Origin: Macrostomum hystrix
Lineage: Eukaryota > Animalia > Platyhelminthes
Direction of reading: 5' to 3'
Assembly: GCA_950097015.1 (NCBI GenBank)
Contig: CATNEN010000010.1
Location: forward strand, 2,790,001 to 2,854,000
Length of the DNA: 64,000 bases
The notes beneath the pieces are model-generated. The model worked only from the letters and a program-made list of their open reading frames with translations. It searched no databases and had not been told where the DNA came from. This document shows positions 48,565 to 61,569 of this stretch, one piece after another. The position numbers and the translations under genes were made by a program. Each line of letters starts with the position of its first letter. Positions within the stretch are counted from its first letter, which is position 1.

Positions 48565-50128
48565 TTAGTGTGCTAGTAATATCTGAATGCTGAGCCTCTA
48601 TCAAGATTTGTAAATAGTTACTTGTGCTTTGGCCAAATTATTTATTTTTCCTTGCAAAATTGCATAACAATAATTATTATTATATAATAGTAGCATGAAA
48701 TATCAGACTGAATGTTACCACGTTTGGTAATGGTAATGATTAGGCCTATTTAGTTTTTTGTTTTTTTACTTTACTTTTTAGATTTTAGCTAAAATATTAA
48801 ATGAATAACATAGTTTAACTAGCTAAACTACTATAGCTAGCTATAAAAAGAACTTAATTTATGAAAATTCGATCAATTTATTTATGAAAATTTAATTTAT
48901 GAAAATACTGTCAATTTATTTATGAAAATACTATGAAAATACTATCAATACTAAATATAAGTATTCTGCCTGATAAAAGCTACATGGGTAGTGATTTATT
49001 GTTTGGACTAATATATTGTCAAATAGTCTAGTTTTCTTGTTTTTTAGTCTTAACATTTTGGTAGCATTCTGGTAGCAGTTTGTTATAAAATTTGGAATTC
49101 ATTATAAGACTAGCTAGCTATAGAACTGAAAGTACTGGCAACTTGATAGCTAATCTTGATATCTTGGCCTGATTTTTGCAGCATTGTGGATTAGCCTCAT
49201 CATACATGCGCAACACCCGGCCGACCCGGCCGTACCGGCCGGGTGAAACAAGGGCCAAGCAAGGTAAGTTGCAAAAAGCAATCAACCAAGCGCAAAAAAA
49301 TCAAAGGGGGGACCAAGGGACAAAAAAGGAAGGTGTGAAGAAAAGGAAAAGGGGGAGAGAAAAAGAGAGCAAATGAGAGCAAACTAAGTTGTAAATAGAG
49401 CAATGAAACAAACTAAGTCGCAAATGAGAGCAAAAACTAAGTTGCATGGCCAGCTAAGGTTTGGGAGGTTGCGCATGTATGAGCCTCATGTTGAATGCAC
49501 CAAAGATGGTCATTTTCACAATGCCCTCTGACCTGCCTACTAAGATAAATTATTGAAACACTGCTATCAATACAATCATAACTATTACCAGATCCTAGAA
49601 TTTTTATCAACTATTTTTATGTCAACTGAGAGTTGACAAAAATTCATTGGTAGTTGGAATGTTTGTCAACTGCCAATAGGAACAATGGAATCTTCATGAA
49701 CTACCAATGAGAAATGTTATTTTTGTCAACTAGTTGCGATTGTATGCACTTTAACTTGAACTTATGTGATACATATTTTATTACTTGGCAAGAATTCAAC
49801 TTGCCAGTCATACCATATTTTACTTTCTCATTTTTCATGTCCAACTTCAACAGTAACAATTCAATGAACATGTCTTTATTGTCTATTGTTTTACTTTTAG
49901 GACAGTAAAAATGCGAGAATGGTAAAATTGCGAATAGTTGATTGAACAAATTTTCAATGGTAAAAATGTTAAAACATTAAGATACAAGTTGCAGTACAAA
50001 CATGCAGTTATAGTATAAATATTGTACAATATAGCTTGGCTTGATGTTTTGGAACCAGTGAGGGTTGGGCTATTGGGCCAATAACCAATAAGTCTGTAAT
50101 AACATTGGGCTGTTCAAACAGGTAGCAT
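48565..50128. repeat. Inverted repeat 2, right arm (1564 bp)
   Basis: Positions map as x to 94775-x; ORF twins 44826..45074+ vs 49701..49949- confirm. Confidence 0.97.
49201..49481. mobile_element. Mirror copy of the 281-bp MITE in the right arm
   Basis: Same TIR and TSD, duplicated with the arm. Confidence 0.92.
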
Positions 50129-51099
50129 TCTGATTCTCAGAAACCATGATGCACTGCAGTAATGACTAGAACTAGTTATCAGAACATAATTCATAATATA
50201 TGTCAACTATCTAAATATTTAATTGAGTTCATTGACTTTAATTTAGTTCATTGAGTTTGAGTCAAATATTTAATTTTTAAGAAACAGTCACGTAGTAATA
50301 CCAACGGATATTATTAAAATTAAAGAAAATACTTTTTTGAAAGTTCATTCCTTCTTCTCGTCATTGTCAAATTAAACAATTATAAATATAGGCCTACTTT
50401 AGCTATGAAGATCTGTTTGTTTTGCACTATCAATATTTACATATTGCATGAAATTAAGCCCATACACTTGTTTCCCAAGCTTGTACATTACAAACAAGCT
50501 GGTGTGTACAAAAAGTGCATATGTAAATAATAAATGTGATTACTTATTATTTAGCCTATGATAGGTCATAGCTGACTATTGGGAAATTCAGGCTTGATCC
50601 TTGACATTAATAGGCAAGGAACTTCAAAAGTTGCTAGGCCTAGTCCTAGAAGGTTTTGGGTTGGCTGTCAAGCTAGAACTATTCTATTCTATCAATTCTT
50701 GTAGAACCAATCAATAAATTTAAGAATTTTACTATTTATACATAGGATTTCTACAAGTATTTTAATTTTTGAATCAGTCTCGTCTATTATGTTTAGCTTC
50801 CATTTATGTGCACAAATTACTGACTTTAAATTTTACTGTCAATATTTAGTGCCAATTATAGATATTAAGATATATAAATTAGGCAAATACTATACCAAAT
50901 AGTCATAGGCCTATACTAGCTATTTTCAAGTTGTTCTATATATAAAATTGTGTTTGATATGTTCACCTGTATTTACTTAATAGCCAATTGTATACTCAAT
51001 CACTCATACCCAAAGGCTTGATTACAAAGAATAACAAACGTTCTTAAATTTCTTAACAAGAAATCACTTTTCTGAGTCACTTTGTTTAGTCAGCTAATG

Positions 51100-51400
51100 A
51101 CAATCAGCTAAACACATAAACCACATAATTTCGTGTTTTTGTGTTTCTACCTAATAAGCATCCTTGTCATTTGTATGCTCAATCACAAGTACCTGAATGC
51201 TTGACTTGATGCTCTCTTAATAAAAAATCATCCTCCTGAATCACTTTGTCGTTGAGTTGAAGACAAATTAGCTAAACACATAAACCACATAATTTCGTGT
51301 TTTTTGTGTTTCTAACTAATAAGCATCCTTGTCATTTTTATGCTCAATCACAAGTACCTGAATGCTTGACTTGATGCTCTCTTAATAAAAAATCATCATT
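51100..51400. repeat. Direct duplication of about 130 bp
   Basis: AGCTAAACACATAAACCACATAATTTCGTG...AATAAAAAATCATC occurs at about 51105 and about 51270. Confidence 0.85.
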
Positions 51401-51539
51401 ATCTGCCATATTCATATATATAATATATATATATAACCGTCTCCCATCTCCTGACTCCCGATCCCGACTGATCCCAAGAAAAAAAATAAATTCCCGCCCG
51501 ATCCTGCCCGACAATTTTTTCTTCTGTTCGGTCGGTCTC

Positions 51540-52790
51540 TATCATCCACTAGGGCTTCCACTGCACAATCGTCGTCAAATGCGCGCACAGCGTACTGTAC
51601 ACTGTTATGAATATGGTGAAGGCTACAGCCCCAACGTCAATAAGATGGTGCATGTCAGCATCGTCACGCAGCTTCGTCACCAGGCCACCACGGGATCCTG
51701 AAGTGAAAAGACACAAGAGTTGATGAGTTAGACTTAAATAAGAACACTGGGGCATAATGGTAATTGCTGTTACTTACCTCGCATAGCATTGAAATTGTCT
51801 GTCATAATGGACATGACGTTCTCGGTCGGCAAATGGTTGTCCTTGAGCATTTTCAGGACCAATCCTTTCATGCCATCGGCAGTTGAGTCAACCAGCTCCT
51901 CTGTGCCAATGTGCATCAGTAGTACCTTCTGGTGCTCAACTGAGAATACTCGACCTAGTACAACCAGCCAGGAGCGATCTCTTCGCATGCCTTCGTCAAG
52001 TAAGATTGAGAACGGCGCAGTTCTCAACTCCTCGGGCATCAATTTTTTCGCATAAAGTCCTAATGCCTCGCATATGATGTACGCTGTTTTTGTTCTGCAG
52101 CAGGAGTAATCCTCAGCAATTTTGCTGTCTGAAAACGCAACAGGAAGTACCTTGGCCAGCTCATCCATGAAGCGAAAGGAAACATCCTTCTTGACGATTG
52201 TAGTGCACAACCGAAGGCATGCCTCCATCTGCTGATCAGAAGCTTTGTCGCGTCTTGACTCGCCAGCATAAGCAAAAAAAGATGTGATTGACTGTTGCTG
52301 GTTGCTCTTGCCCATTGGGTTTTGCAGATGACCGGCGGCAGCCTTGTGCTTCGCCCCATCAGCATGCTGGCGCAATGCACTTATTCCGTGCAACAAAACT
52401 ACCACGGTCTTCTGACAAACGTTGCAGTAACCTTCGTCCAGCTTTTTCCCTTGGGCGTCACAGTTTTGTCGGCACCATTGGCCAATTGGGGAACAAACCT
52501 CGCGCTGGCAGACCAGTTTCTGGCTTGTTTGCCTTTGTCAGTCAGCCATAGCCACACGCAGTCCTCTGCCACCACTCTTAGTGTGCACAGAAGTCTGTTT
52601 TAACCTTGCCATTTTACGGCAATACTTTTTTAGTGTTATGTGAGAGTTTTGCAGCCAAGTCTTTGCTTTTCTACTGTTGTCAGTAGTCTGAATTGTACCT
52701 CTCACATATACACCCTTCTTCAAATGTTGGCACTCTTGCCAACAAATTTTTCTGCTGGCTCTCTTACCCTCCTTTTTGGGGTGGCCAGGT
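51540..52790 (-). mobile_element. hAT transposase pseudogene, N-terminal to middle fragment
   Basis: BED-like YCNVC...LRQHADGAKH, LLDEG, MTDN, an 80-nt intron (51777-51698), then MRGSRGGLVTKL and a frameshifted CSLH motif. Confidence 0.75.
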
Positions 52791-52952
52791 ACGCCCACTG
52801 CAAGGAACCAATTGTAACACACTAAAAGTGGGGAACAAACCTCGCGCTGGCAGATCAAGACCGGTTTCTGGCTTGTTTGCCTTCGTCAGTCAGCCATAGC
52901 CACACGCAGTCCTCTGCCACCACTCTTAGTGTGCACAGAAGTCTGTTTTAAC
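52489..52952 (+). mobile_element. Two fragments (52489-52710 and 52826-52952) homologous to the Crypton at 7160-7392
   Basis: Near-identical sequence, e.g. GGGGAACAAACCTCGCGCTGGCAGA...GTGCACAGAAGTC...CAGTAGTCTGAATTGTA. Confidence 0.85.
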
Positions 52953-53099
52953 CAGTGTGACCACCAGGATTTTCGAAAAAAAATAACTCAGCCAAAAAAA
53001 TAACGCAGGTATGCTACATGTGATTTCTACAGGTATATATGTAGAAATACAGTATACAGTACAGTTATATTATTGTAAGATTAGTTCCTGATAACAAGC

Positions 53100-53985
53100 A
53101 AAAGTCATGTCACCCGCAGCATGGTCGACACTCGACAGAAAGTATGCAGCCTCATTGGAGTTATTTGCGCGCCTGCTTTGCAGGGGGTCCATCACCTGAC
53201 CTGCCACTGCTGCCAGACTCTTGCAGGGCCTGCTTCGACTTTCGCTTCCATAGCTCCACCTCCGCCTTCTCCGCAGCTGCAAGCATCTCACGCGCCTTCT
53301 AACGTGCTTCGTTGTTTTGATGTTGCTCTTGGCCCAGTTGCTTCTGGCGTTCTCGCTCCTTCTTGTCAGTATTCTCTCGCTCAGCTTGCATGCGCCTTAG
53401 ATTATCAAAATGCTGTTGCATCTTGGCAACAAGCAGTCAAAGCAAGTTCAACGTTTATTTTGCTTGCACTAAAGGAAGTAGCCTTTAGCCATACTTTGAT
53501 CAAAAGAAGCGAATCAAGGGTCAGATCAGCTAGCTGGTTGCGCTGCTTGGTTAGATTAGTCCCAATCCACTTGATCACTCGCTCGCTATCGGCATTGGCG
53601 TGAGGGATATAGCAAGTGGCTCGACACAACGATGCTAGGTGTGGGTACGTTGCAGTTTGAAGCTTGGCCCAGAAAGCCTCTGGATTGTCCTCAGCCGAAA
53701 GATGATCAGGGCAGCATGCTCGAATTTTTGTGACCTCTAGGCGCAGATCATCCAGTCGCTCAGCTAGAATGACAGTCTTGAGGGCCTTGGCGATCCGCAG
53801 AATGGTTAAATCGAAGTTGAAGTCCTCTGCAGAAAGCAGGTACTTTGGATCTACAAATTGCAGAGCTCAAAGTAGCTTGTTGTGCAGCAGCAGGTACGAT
53901 ATGAGTCGGCATGCCAGTTCAACATAGAATTTTCGGGCAGCTGCAAAGAAAGCCACTTTGTCAATGTCGGAGAGCTTGGAGACTG
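53100..53985 (-). mobile_element. hAT transposase pseudogene, C-terminal (dimerisation domain) fragment
   Basis: PEAFWAKL...YPHLASLCRATCYIPHANADSERV...TKQRNQL...TLDSLLLIK. Confidence 0.8.
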
Positions 53986-54058
53986 TCCCGTCATCAGTTG
54001 GTGTTGGTGATGGTGATGGCCATCACCAACTGAAAAGTTGGTGATGGCCATGGCGCCA

Positions 54059-55682
54059 CACTGTAAATGAAAAGTGGCCGAAAAAGCGGCCGAAAGGTGG
54101 CCGAAAGTAAGTGGCCAAATAGTGGCCGAAAGTCTCCTGATTTCAGCTACTTTAAAGTAGCTGAATTTTCATTCTCGGTTAATTTAGCAGACTGTAAAGG
54201 AGTGTCTTTGGCGAATCAAATAATTAACAGACTTAACAAATAAATCCTTTCAATTACCATGAAAACAAATCATATTTAAAATATTTAACATTGTATAATT
54301 GTTATTTAGAAACTGATTCGTTCGTTTATTTATACTCGAAAATGCCGATAGTTATAAGTTACATACCAATTTAGAAGACTGAACATTTGATAAATTGCAA
54401 CAAATTTACTTAAAAATATATTAGTGAGCAATGTTGCTTTGCAAATATAGCGAATGAAAAAAGTAAGATAAAGTGACATGTAAATTACTAAAAGCAAAAT
54501 AGTATATATGATTGCAGTACACGAAATGCTTTAAAACTTATTGCAAATATCGAGCAGTACAAGGAAAATGTAAATTAAGAAAAATAGCTAACAATATATA
54601 TTTAAAATGCATTTATTCTGTTACATTTATTAAACGCCTATAAAAGTTACTTAATTAAACAATTACATTAATAACTCATGTTAAAATTTCAGTTAAAATC
54701 AAATAAATACAATTATATTCAAACTTTTTGTTAATTAGAAAAAAATGAGCAATCAAGTAAAGATTAGTAGGCTCGGCCTACTCTGACTTAACAAGCCAGA
54801 CACAGAATGAAACAATTTGATAGTTCTTTATCTCAGACAGCAAAAAAGTTTTCCTTTGCTTGAATAACGCAAAAAGAATCGTTCAAAAGTATTTTTTTTC
54901 TAAAAATAGCAGCAATTGCAAAACAGCACATGAGCACACTGTTTAAGTTTTTACATCGGAAGAATGTTAACTAGATTTTTATTGCCTGGTTGGTAGCTCG
55001 CTTAGGGTTGCGCAATTTCAAAAAAGATCTCGATCGTCTCGAGGATGCTTTCCGTTCGTCGGTCATGCTTCAGGTTTAAAGCCAGGAAATCCATGACGTA
55101 CACGAAGATCGACTGAATTGTCGACTCCGTTTTCACGGTGCATACGTCGGAAATCCGAACTCCGGTCCAGCGATAGTCTGGATCAGATTCAGCCACGATG
55201 CTGACCAGACGATTTCTGTCCAAACAATCGCTTGGATTCAGCACCTTTGCCTTGATTGCAAGTAGAAAAAAAACATTTCTGGCGAGCAATTCAGGCTCGT
55301 CGGTAGCTTAAAGATATTGACGACGTGCTCGAGATGATCTTTTGAATAGCTCTGAGCCTCTAGTGAACCAAGCTAGAAGACTTTGCAAGCGATCGCAGAG
55401 TGCAGTGATATTGGTGCCGTCTTGTAGCAGATAGTCTGATTTTGTTGAGCTGGCATACACATTCACAACCCGAAGTGGCTCTTCACACAGCAAGCGTGAA
55501 TTAGCCAGTAATGGGTACGCAGAGAATTCTTCCGAAAGAGACATAAACTGCGCCACCTGAACGCGTTCAGTGAAAGTATCATGCATGGCATCAGACGCTT
55601 CCTTCAGTGATACCAGGAGCTGGCCATCGCGAATCATTGGTGCAAAATGATTGGTGTCGTCATTGCGGGCTAATAACGACAA
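54059..55682 (-). mobile_element. CACTG-ended (CMC/EnSpm-like) element remnant 1 with a broken accessory ORF
   Basis: End CACTGTAAA with GGCCGAA subterminal repeats at 54059; split ORFs 55308-55682 and 55002-55289 point toward this end. Confidence 0.5.
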
Positions 55683-56996
55683 AGCGGGTTAATAAGACAG
55701 TAATGGTCATTACTGTCTAATAACTGACGAGCAGAGATAAAATAATTCGCTCCTGACATTTGTCGGAGCCAGCCGAACCTGCGCTCGATGCTGTCCGATT
55801 GCAGGGAGCCAAGAAGCACATATGAGAAACCCTCGTGACTTAGCAGGTGTCTAGCACAGGCTGCGATTGACAAGCAGGTTAGCCGGCAGGAAAGAAAAGT
55901 CTCCTTGGACAATCCTGGTTCTCGCGTTGTCTCCCAGTCCTGCGAATATTTTTATGGACGAGGAGTTCCTTTACTTTAGCATTTTTTCATTACTGATCGC
56001 AATTCTAGAAAATTTCATCCCTTATATTTTTTGTTACTCGTATTTATAGGCAGAATTAAAGCAATTGAGTATTTTCATGCAATAAAATATTATGTACGAA
56101 GTATTTCATACCTGCAGAAATCCGGCGAACTCTTCCAGAAAATTCAGCTTCCAGTCAACGGATGAGCGAACAGGATCCTTCGTGTAATCCCGCTTGTAAA
56201 GGCCCTTCGACGCTGACTTGACATTCAGAACATTCCAGAGCTTCATGATCATAGAGATAAAGGTGGCAGTGTCACCCCAGTCCTTGCCTTCGTACTTCGT
56301 GTAGTATGCTAGAGCATCCCGCGTTGACTCACAAAAAACAGCGGTGGCCAGCTTTACAGATGATTTTTCTATACTCTTTGGATTGAGCACAGAAGGATTG
56401 AGCTTATGAGCTAGTCTCACGGGTTTGCTGATTTCGGTATTATAGAGCTGCACTATATGGTCAAAATGAGCACTGCAGGCCTGCGATAGTACAGGTGGAA
56501 ATTCGGGGCAACGAAATACCTTCCGAGCTTGAAAATTGTTGTACACATTTTTCAAGTCATGAACTGGATCGAAGATAAGGAAGATGGGCTGCCCAGTAAC
56601 TTCGTCTATGATAGAAAAATTGTGCTCCTTGTTGCACAGCAAATCGATTATGAACTTTCTATTCACAGGTGCGTTATCCACGGATATTGCGATGACAGAG
56701 AAATGCAGACTTCTAAGAGTATCCATAACTTCTTTAAACCAGTTATTCAGCTTGTAGGCGGTCAGCGTAGATACTGGCTTCATTGTAACCATATCCTTGT
56801 AGTTACCAGCAATGGATTTAATCATGAAGCAACAGAATGTTGATGCGACTGCTCCACTAATCGTCCACGCCGCTAACCTTGCCACTGCTGTATTCAATCC
56901 GGTTGGCAACGTAGATCTCGTCAATGAAGAGAATGACCACCTTCTCCATTTGGGAAAGTTCAGTCCAGATGCTTCTATTCAGGGGTCCTTGACCTA
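55683..56996 (-). mobile_element. P-element-superfamily (THAP9-like) transposase fragment with one intron
   Basis: ISVDNAPVN, FDPVHDLKNVYNN, RLAHKL, VKLATAVF; intron 56111-55940; then LQSDSIERRFGWLRQMSG. Truncated at both ends. Confidence 0.88.
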
Positions 56997-59155
56997 CACT
57001 GTAAAAAATAAGTGGCCGAAAAAGTGGCCGAAAGGTGGCCGGATGTATATTTGACGTTTGTGATGTTAGTTATTTAAGCATAGCAAATCATATGCTCAGT
57101 TTTCTGTGCTCAATTTGTTACTTTGGTTGAAAGTCTAGTCGATTGCTACCTAATATTTATTTTGAAGCTTTTATTTAATAATAATAAAAAAAACTAAATT
57201 AAAATTAGAATTTCAATGAAAGTTTATAATAATTACAAAAACAATGCACGATATAGAAGTGGCTGGGATGGCTGGGATAAAAAGATTTTACTTTAAATTT
57301 TTTCAAACTACAATTACGATTTAAAATTACAAACTTACAATTAGAATTTTAACTAAGGCTATAAACATTACAAAGAGTAATACACGATATACAGAAGGTT
57401 TTTACTAAATTAATTGAAGATAAATATTGCAAGTAGTACTTGCACATATATTAGAAACATTTTTCCAGAACAATGAAACGGTTAATAGTATTGCGAGGGG
57501 GCGTTTCGAGAATAGTAATGAAAGTTTAGTATTACTTTTGAATGGATAACTTATCAACTAGAATTTTTTACCCAATACTTTGTCACATCATTAAGCAACG
57601 TGCAGCTTCAGTTTCAACTCTGAGTCATCATGCGCCAGAGATTTCCAACATCAAAGTCAACACCTCGAGATACAAAAATACGGTTTTTGCAAAAGTTATA
57701 GCAAAACTCTCGTTACCTTACTTTTGAAACTCATCGTTTAAGTCCGATAAACAATACTTCAGAAGTTCATAAGTTACACTTAAAAAGGCAGAATTTTTAG
57801 AATGCCACGCACCGACTGGTTGGATCCCTTGTTTCTCTTTCGAAAGCCGAAGAGAATTTCGAGCAACTCGATCGCATTTTCAGTGCTCTTGTGATGGCGT
57901 AAATTTAAGGCGACAAAAATCATTACAAATGATTGAATGGCATACAAGCTTGAGTTTTTTGCGCAATTTATGGCGATCCCAGCCACTTTTACGCCCCAGA
58001 AGCCGTTTTCCTGGACGTAAAAGTGCACAAGCTTTATTCGCGTCAAAAAAGACCCGCAAATTTTTTATCTGCGCCTTTATGCAGAGCAGCATGAAGCCGA
58101 ACTTGACAACATCGTCTTCGCTCTCCGGCTTTAAGAACTCTTGGGCCCTTGCGCATCGTCTAAAAAGATCCGAGTTGCTGCACAACCAGCTACAAATACT
58201 GGACAGCTTCTTTCGCTGTAGCTCGTCTTGCAGCAAAAAGTCGCATGGCGTCGGACTGCTGTAATCGGAGTTGGGCGTTTTCGCATAAAGACCAACGACT
58301 CGAAGAGCTTCTTGCGCCAGAAGAGTTCCGTTACAAAGTAATGGATACTCCATTAACTGTTCATTTTTTGGGCAGCTTTAATGCGCTCAGAAAAACTCTT
58401 TTCCAGCAGATCTGCAGCATCCGCCAATGGAACTAGCAGACGACCATTGGATTCGACCGCCATGGCCATTTTTTCCCGAAGACAGTTGCTGCCAAATTAA
58501 GCATGGCTTTCCGGTGCAATGCAGGATGCCAGGTCACTTGCCTTTTCTTCCTTATCTTCATCCAAGCAAGGACTTGCACTGTCCCGAGTCGAGCGTGGAG
58601 TGCCGCCGTCCCGAGTTGAGCGTGGAGTGGCGCCGTCCCGAGTCGAGCGAGGAGTGCCGCCGTCCTGGGCGGAGCGTGGAGCGTCGCCGTCCCGAGTTAA
58701 GTGTGGAGTGGCGCCGTCCCGAGTTGAGCGTGGAGTGGCGCCGTCCCGAGTCGAGCGAGGAGTGCCGCCGTCCTGGGCGGAGCGTGGAGCGTCGCCGTCC
58801 CGAGTTGAGCGTGGAGTGGCGCCGTCTCGGGTCGAGCGTGGAGCAGCAGCAGCTCTTCTCCTGCGGATTAGTGAGAAACAATTATTTTTTACTGTAGGTT
58901 AGCTTTGAGTTAAACTGTCAGATTGCAAGGCAATAATATATATTTTACCTGCTGCCCTTGTCCTGATGAGAATTGTGTGTACACGGATTGTCGTAGGAGG
59001 TGGGAATGTTGGCATCTTCATCCTCCTCCTCGATCTCTTCATCCTCCTCCTCCTCCTCCTCGATCTCTTCATCATCATCCTCCTCCTCCTCGATCTCTTC
59101 ATCCTCCTCCTCCTCCTCCTCGATCTCAATAATGCAGTTTTTAGATTGATAGTTG
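56997..59155 (-). mobile_element. CACTG-ended (CMC/EnSpm-like) element remnant 2 with a spliced accessory gene
   Basis: CACTGTAAAAAATAAGTGGCCGAAAAAGTGGCCGAAAGGTGGCCG at 56997. Acidic exon 59155-58949 splices in frame (88-nt intron) to an exon from 58860 with 9-aa repeats, then a domain homologous to 55002-55682 carrying stops and frameshifts. Confidence 0.5.
58590..58840. repeat. 27-bp coding repeat (PRSTRDGAT-like on the minus strand)
   Basis: Unit GAGCGTGGAGTGGCGCCGTCCCGAGTT. Confidence 0.85.
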
Positions 59156-60756
59156 CTGAATTTTTACCAAACCAAAGCTCTTGAAATGCACCATTTGCAT
59201 TTTTGCAATTAATTGCCTTTTGGCGATTTATAGTGCAATTTGGGCTGCAATGGCTGCAGAATTATTATAAGCAAAGCACTTACAAAACAAACCATTTGAC
59301 TGTTTGGCAATTAACTGCCTTTAGGCAATAACTACTGTGAGACTAGTTAAATGCTCAATGCTTTTTGTTTTAGGCATGGCAGTACTTTTCTCTCAACATT
59401 GATTTGGATATTGATTGATTGATTTGATTTGTTTTGCATTTTTACTATGTCTAATTATGGACTTAGCTAAATAATTAGCCTAGGCCTACCTAATGTTGGA
59501 TAACTTGTATTGAATGGCAAAGCATTTCACTGCAAAGGCATATCTTGTGGTTTCACGTACCTGTGGGTGTTAAAATATACATTTAAAATGCTTAATTTAG
59601 TGGAAAATCTCATTTTAATATAAAGACACAGTGAACAGAATCCGAGTGTAAAAAAGTTTTTAAAACCTAATTATGTTGCTAATTATAAGACTATTTTTAC
59701 AGAAAATTTCAATTTATTAAGGTAGCATGTTCACTTTCAACTTTGTAAATTTATTACCATTGCTAGCTATTCTACTTAGCCCATTTGTAGAAGAACTAAT
59801 AAACAAGATTTAGTTTTTTTATCTATTTTTAAATATATTTATTACTTGGTATTTTTCTACCAATAGCATAAATTGTATTGTTCAGATTTTGATCTTTAGA
59901 ATTCCTAATCCAAATATACAGAATGTCCAAGATTTTCTATTATGAGTATTATTTATTGGACCTTAGTATATGATGTTAATTCATGTGGCTGACTTTGATT
60001 TTTAAGTCTATTTAATAGAACTTTGTGATAAAAAAATTAATGAATGGTAAATTATAATTAATTAGGCCTAGTCACACAGGACATCTGTAACTAAAAAAAC
60101 TTAGCATCTAAGTAGTTTACAATAGTTAGGCATTTTTAGGGTTTTATGTGTTGCAAAACAGTTTGCTTTCTACAGTATTTGGCTTAGGGCTGCATCCATA
60201 ATTGGAAACAATAAGCTTCTAGATATGTACATTAGAGACATATCTAGTATGTCTCTAATGTCTCTAGCTGTAACAAAAGAAAGATCTTGTTACAGCTGGT
60301 GGTGTGTCTATGACGGATTTCACGATCTACTTCAAATTAAAAATAAGACTTCCCGACTTCAGCAATCCTGCCAAAACGAAGAAAATGAACGCAACTCACA
60401 AAGATCTGCGATCTGCGATTTGATCTGCAAATTCCAAGATCGAACAACAGGTATCTACTTGAGTTAGAATTGAGTGATTTTAGAGACTTGTCAACATATA
60501 TATTTGCTTCTTGGAGTCAATTGATACAAAATACAACACAAAGTTATTGTCAAAATAACGAATATAAAATACGAAAATAAATCGACAAGGAAAAAACGAG
60601 CACTATTTTTAATCCGCACAAGGCATGCTGTCCACAAAGAATGACTATTATGAAATTTAAAAGTACACAAAAAAACCTTAAAAAATAAAGATTCGTCCAA
60701 TTTACAACTGCAATAAGGCGGAAGGCCTTTTTGTTTACGAGTTGGAGTGGCAGCAA

Positions 60757-60970
60757 AGTTTGTGTGCTGCATTGCACGTATATTTATATACAACGCCTGA
60801 GCGAGATAGAGGGGTCTAGGGAGGTGCGAACTGGTGGCGTGACTTCATACCCCGGCTTAGCGAGCCGGCTGGCTGGGTGCACCAACCCCCACCTCAACTA
60901 GACTGAGGTTGAGGGGTTTTGGGTGCGGCTGCACTGGCGCTGGCTGGTCGCGTGTTGACTCTCCGCCACA
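60757..60970 (-). mobile_element. Solo LTR related to the gypsy element
   Basis: Reverse complement begins TGTGGCGG and contains GTGCACCC...CCGGCTCGCTAAGCCGGGG as in the 3' LTR; flanked by the direct repeat GCAA(AGT); about 214 bp. Confidence 0.75.
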
Positions 60971-61569
60971 GCAAAGTATTATTCTTTTAGTTTCGACGAC
61001 AAAAAGAAATTCTCGTAGTGGAAAGTTCCAAGGCAAGGATGAAATGCAAAGATACATTTCTACACATTGCCATCATTTCGAAGAAATAAGCATATTGGCA
61101 GGAGTAAGTCATGAAATAAAATCTTATTGTTGACACTTGAAAGCAATAACCAAAGCACAGGCACAAACTTTGTCACTTCTGATATGCTAATTAACCCTGA
61201 ACACAGATTGACATCCAAATAAAAACTGTTGATTTCGTTATTTCATAACAATATTGGCAAATTAAAAGCTGAAAATTGAGCAAATGTTCTATCGATCAGG
61301 CACAAGGTTCGATTAAAATAAATTGATGCAGCCATATCAAATTGAACTAAGAAGACTAAAAAACTAAAAAGACAGGGGGAAGCTAAAAACATAAAATAAA
61401 TCATAAAAACAGCATTGGACAGCACAAAGGACATAAGATCTAATTGATTTTAGCTGGGGAAGCGATACCAAGCAAGGGGCACCTTAATTTTTTGTAAAAT
61501 GACACACACAGTAGCAACCAACATTGATAGTGCGCTAGGTCCCACACAACTAGTTTCCAAGCAGTTCAA

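Noticed and set aside
52953-54063. hAT element bounded by CAGTGTG...CACACTG
   Set aside because: Only a 7-bp match, flanks (GTTTTAAC / TAAATGAA) give no TSD, and the right end overlaps the CACTGTAAA end.
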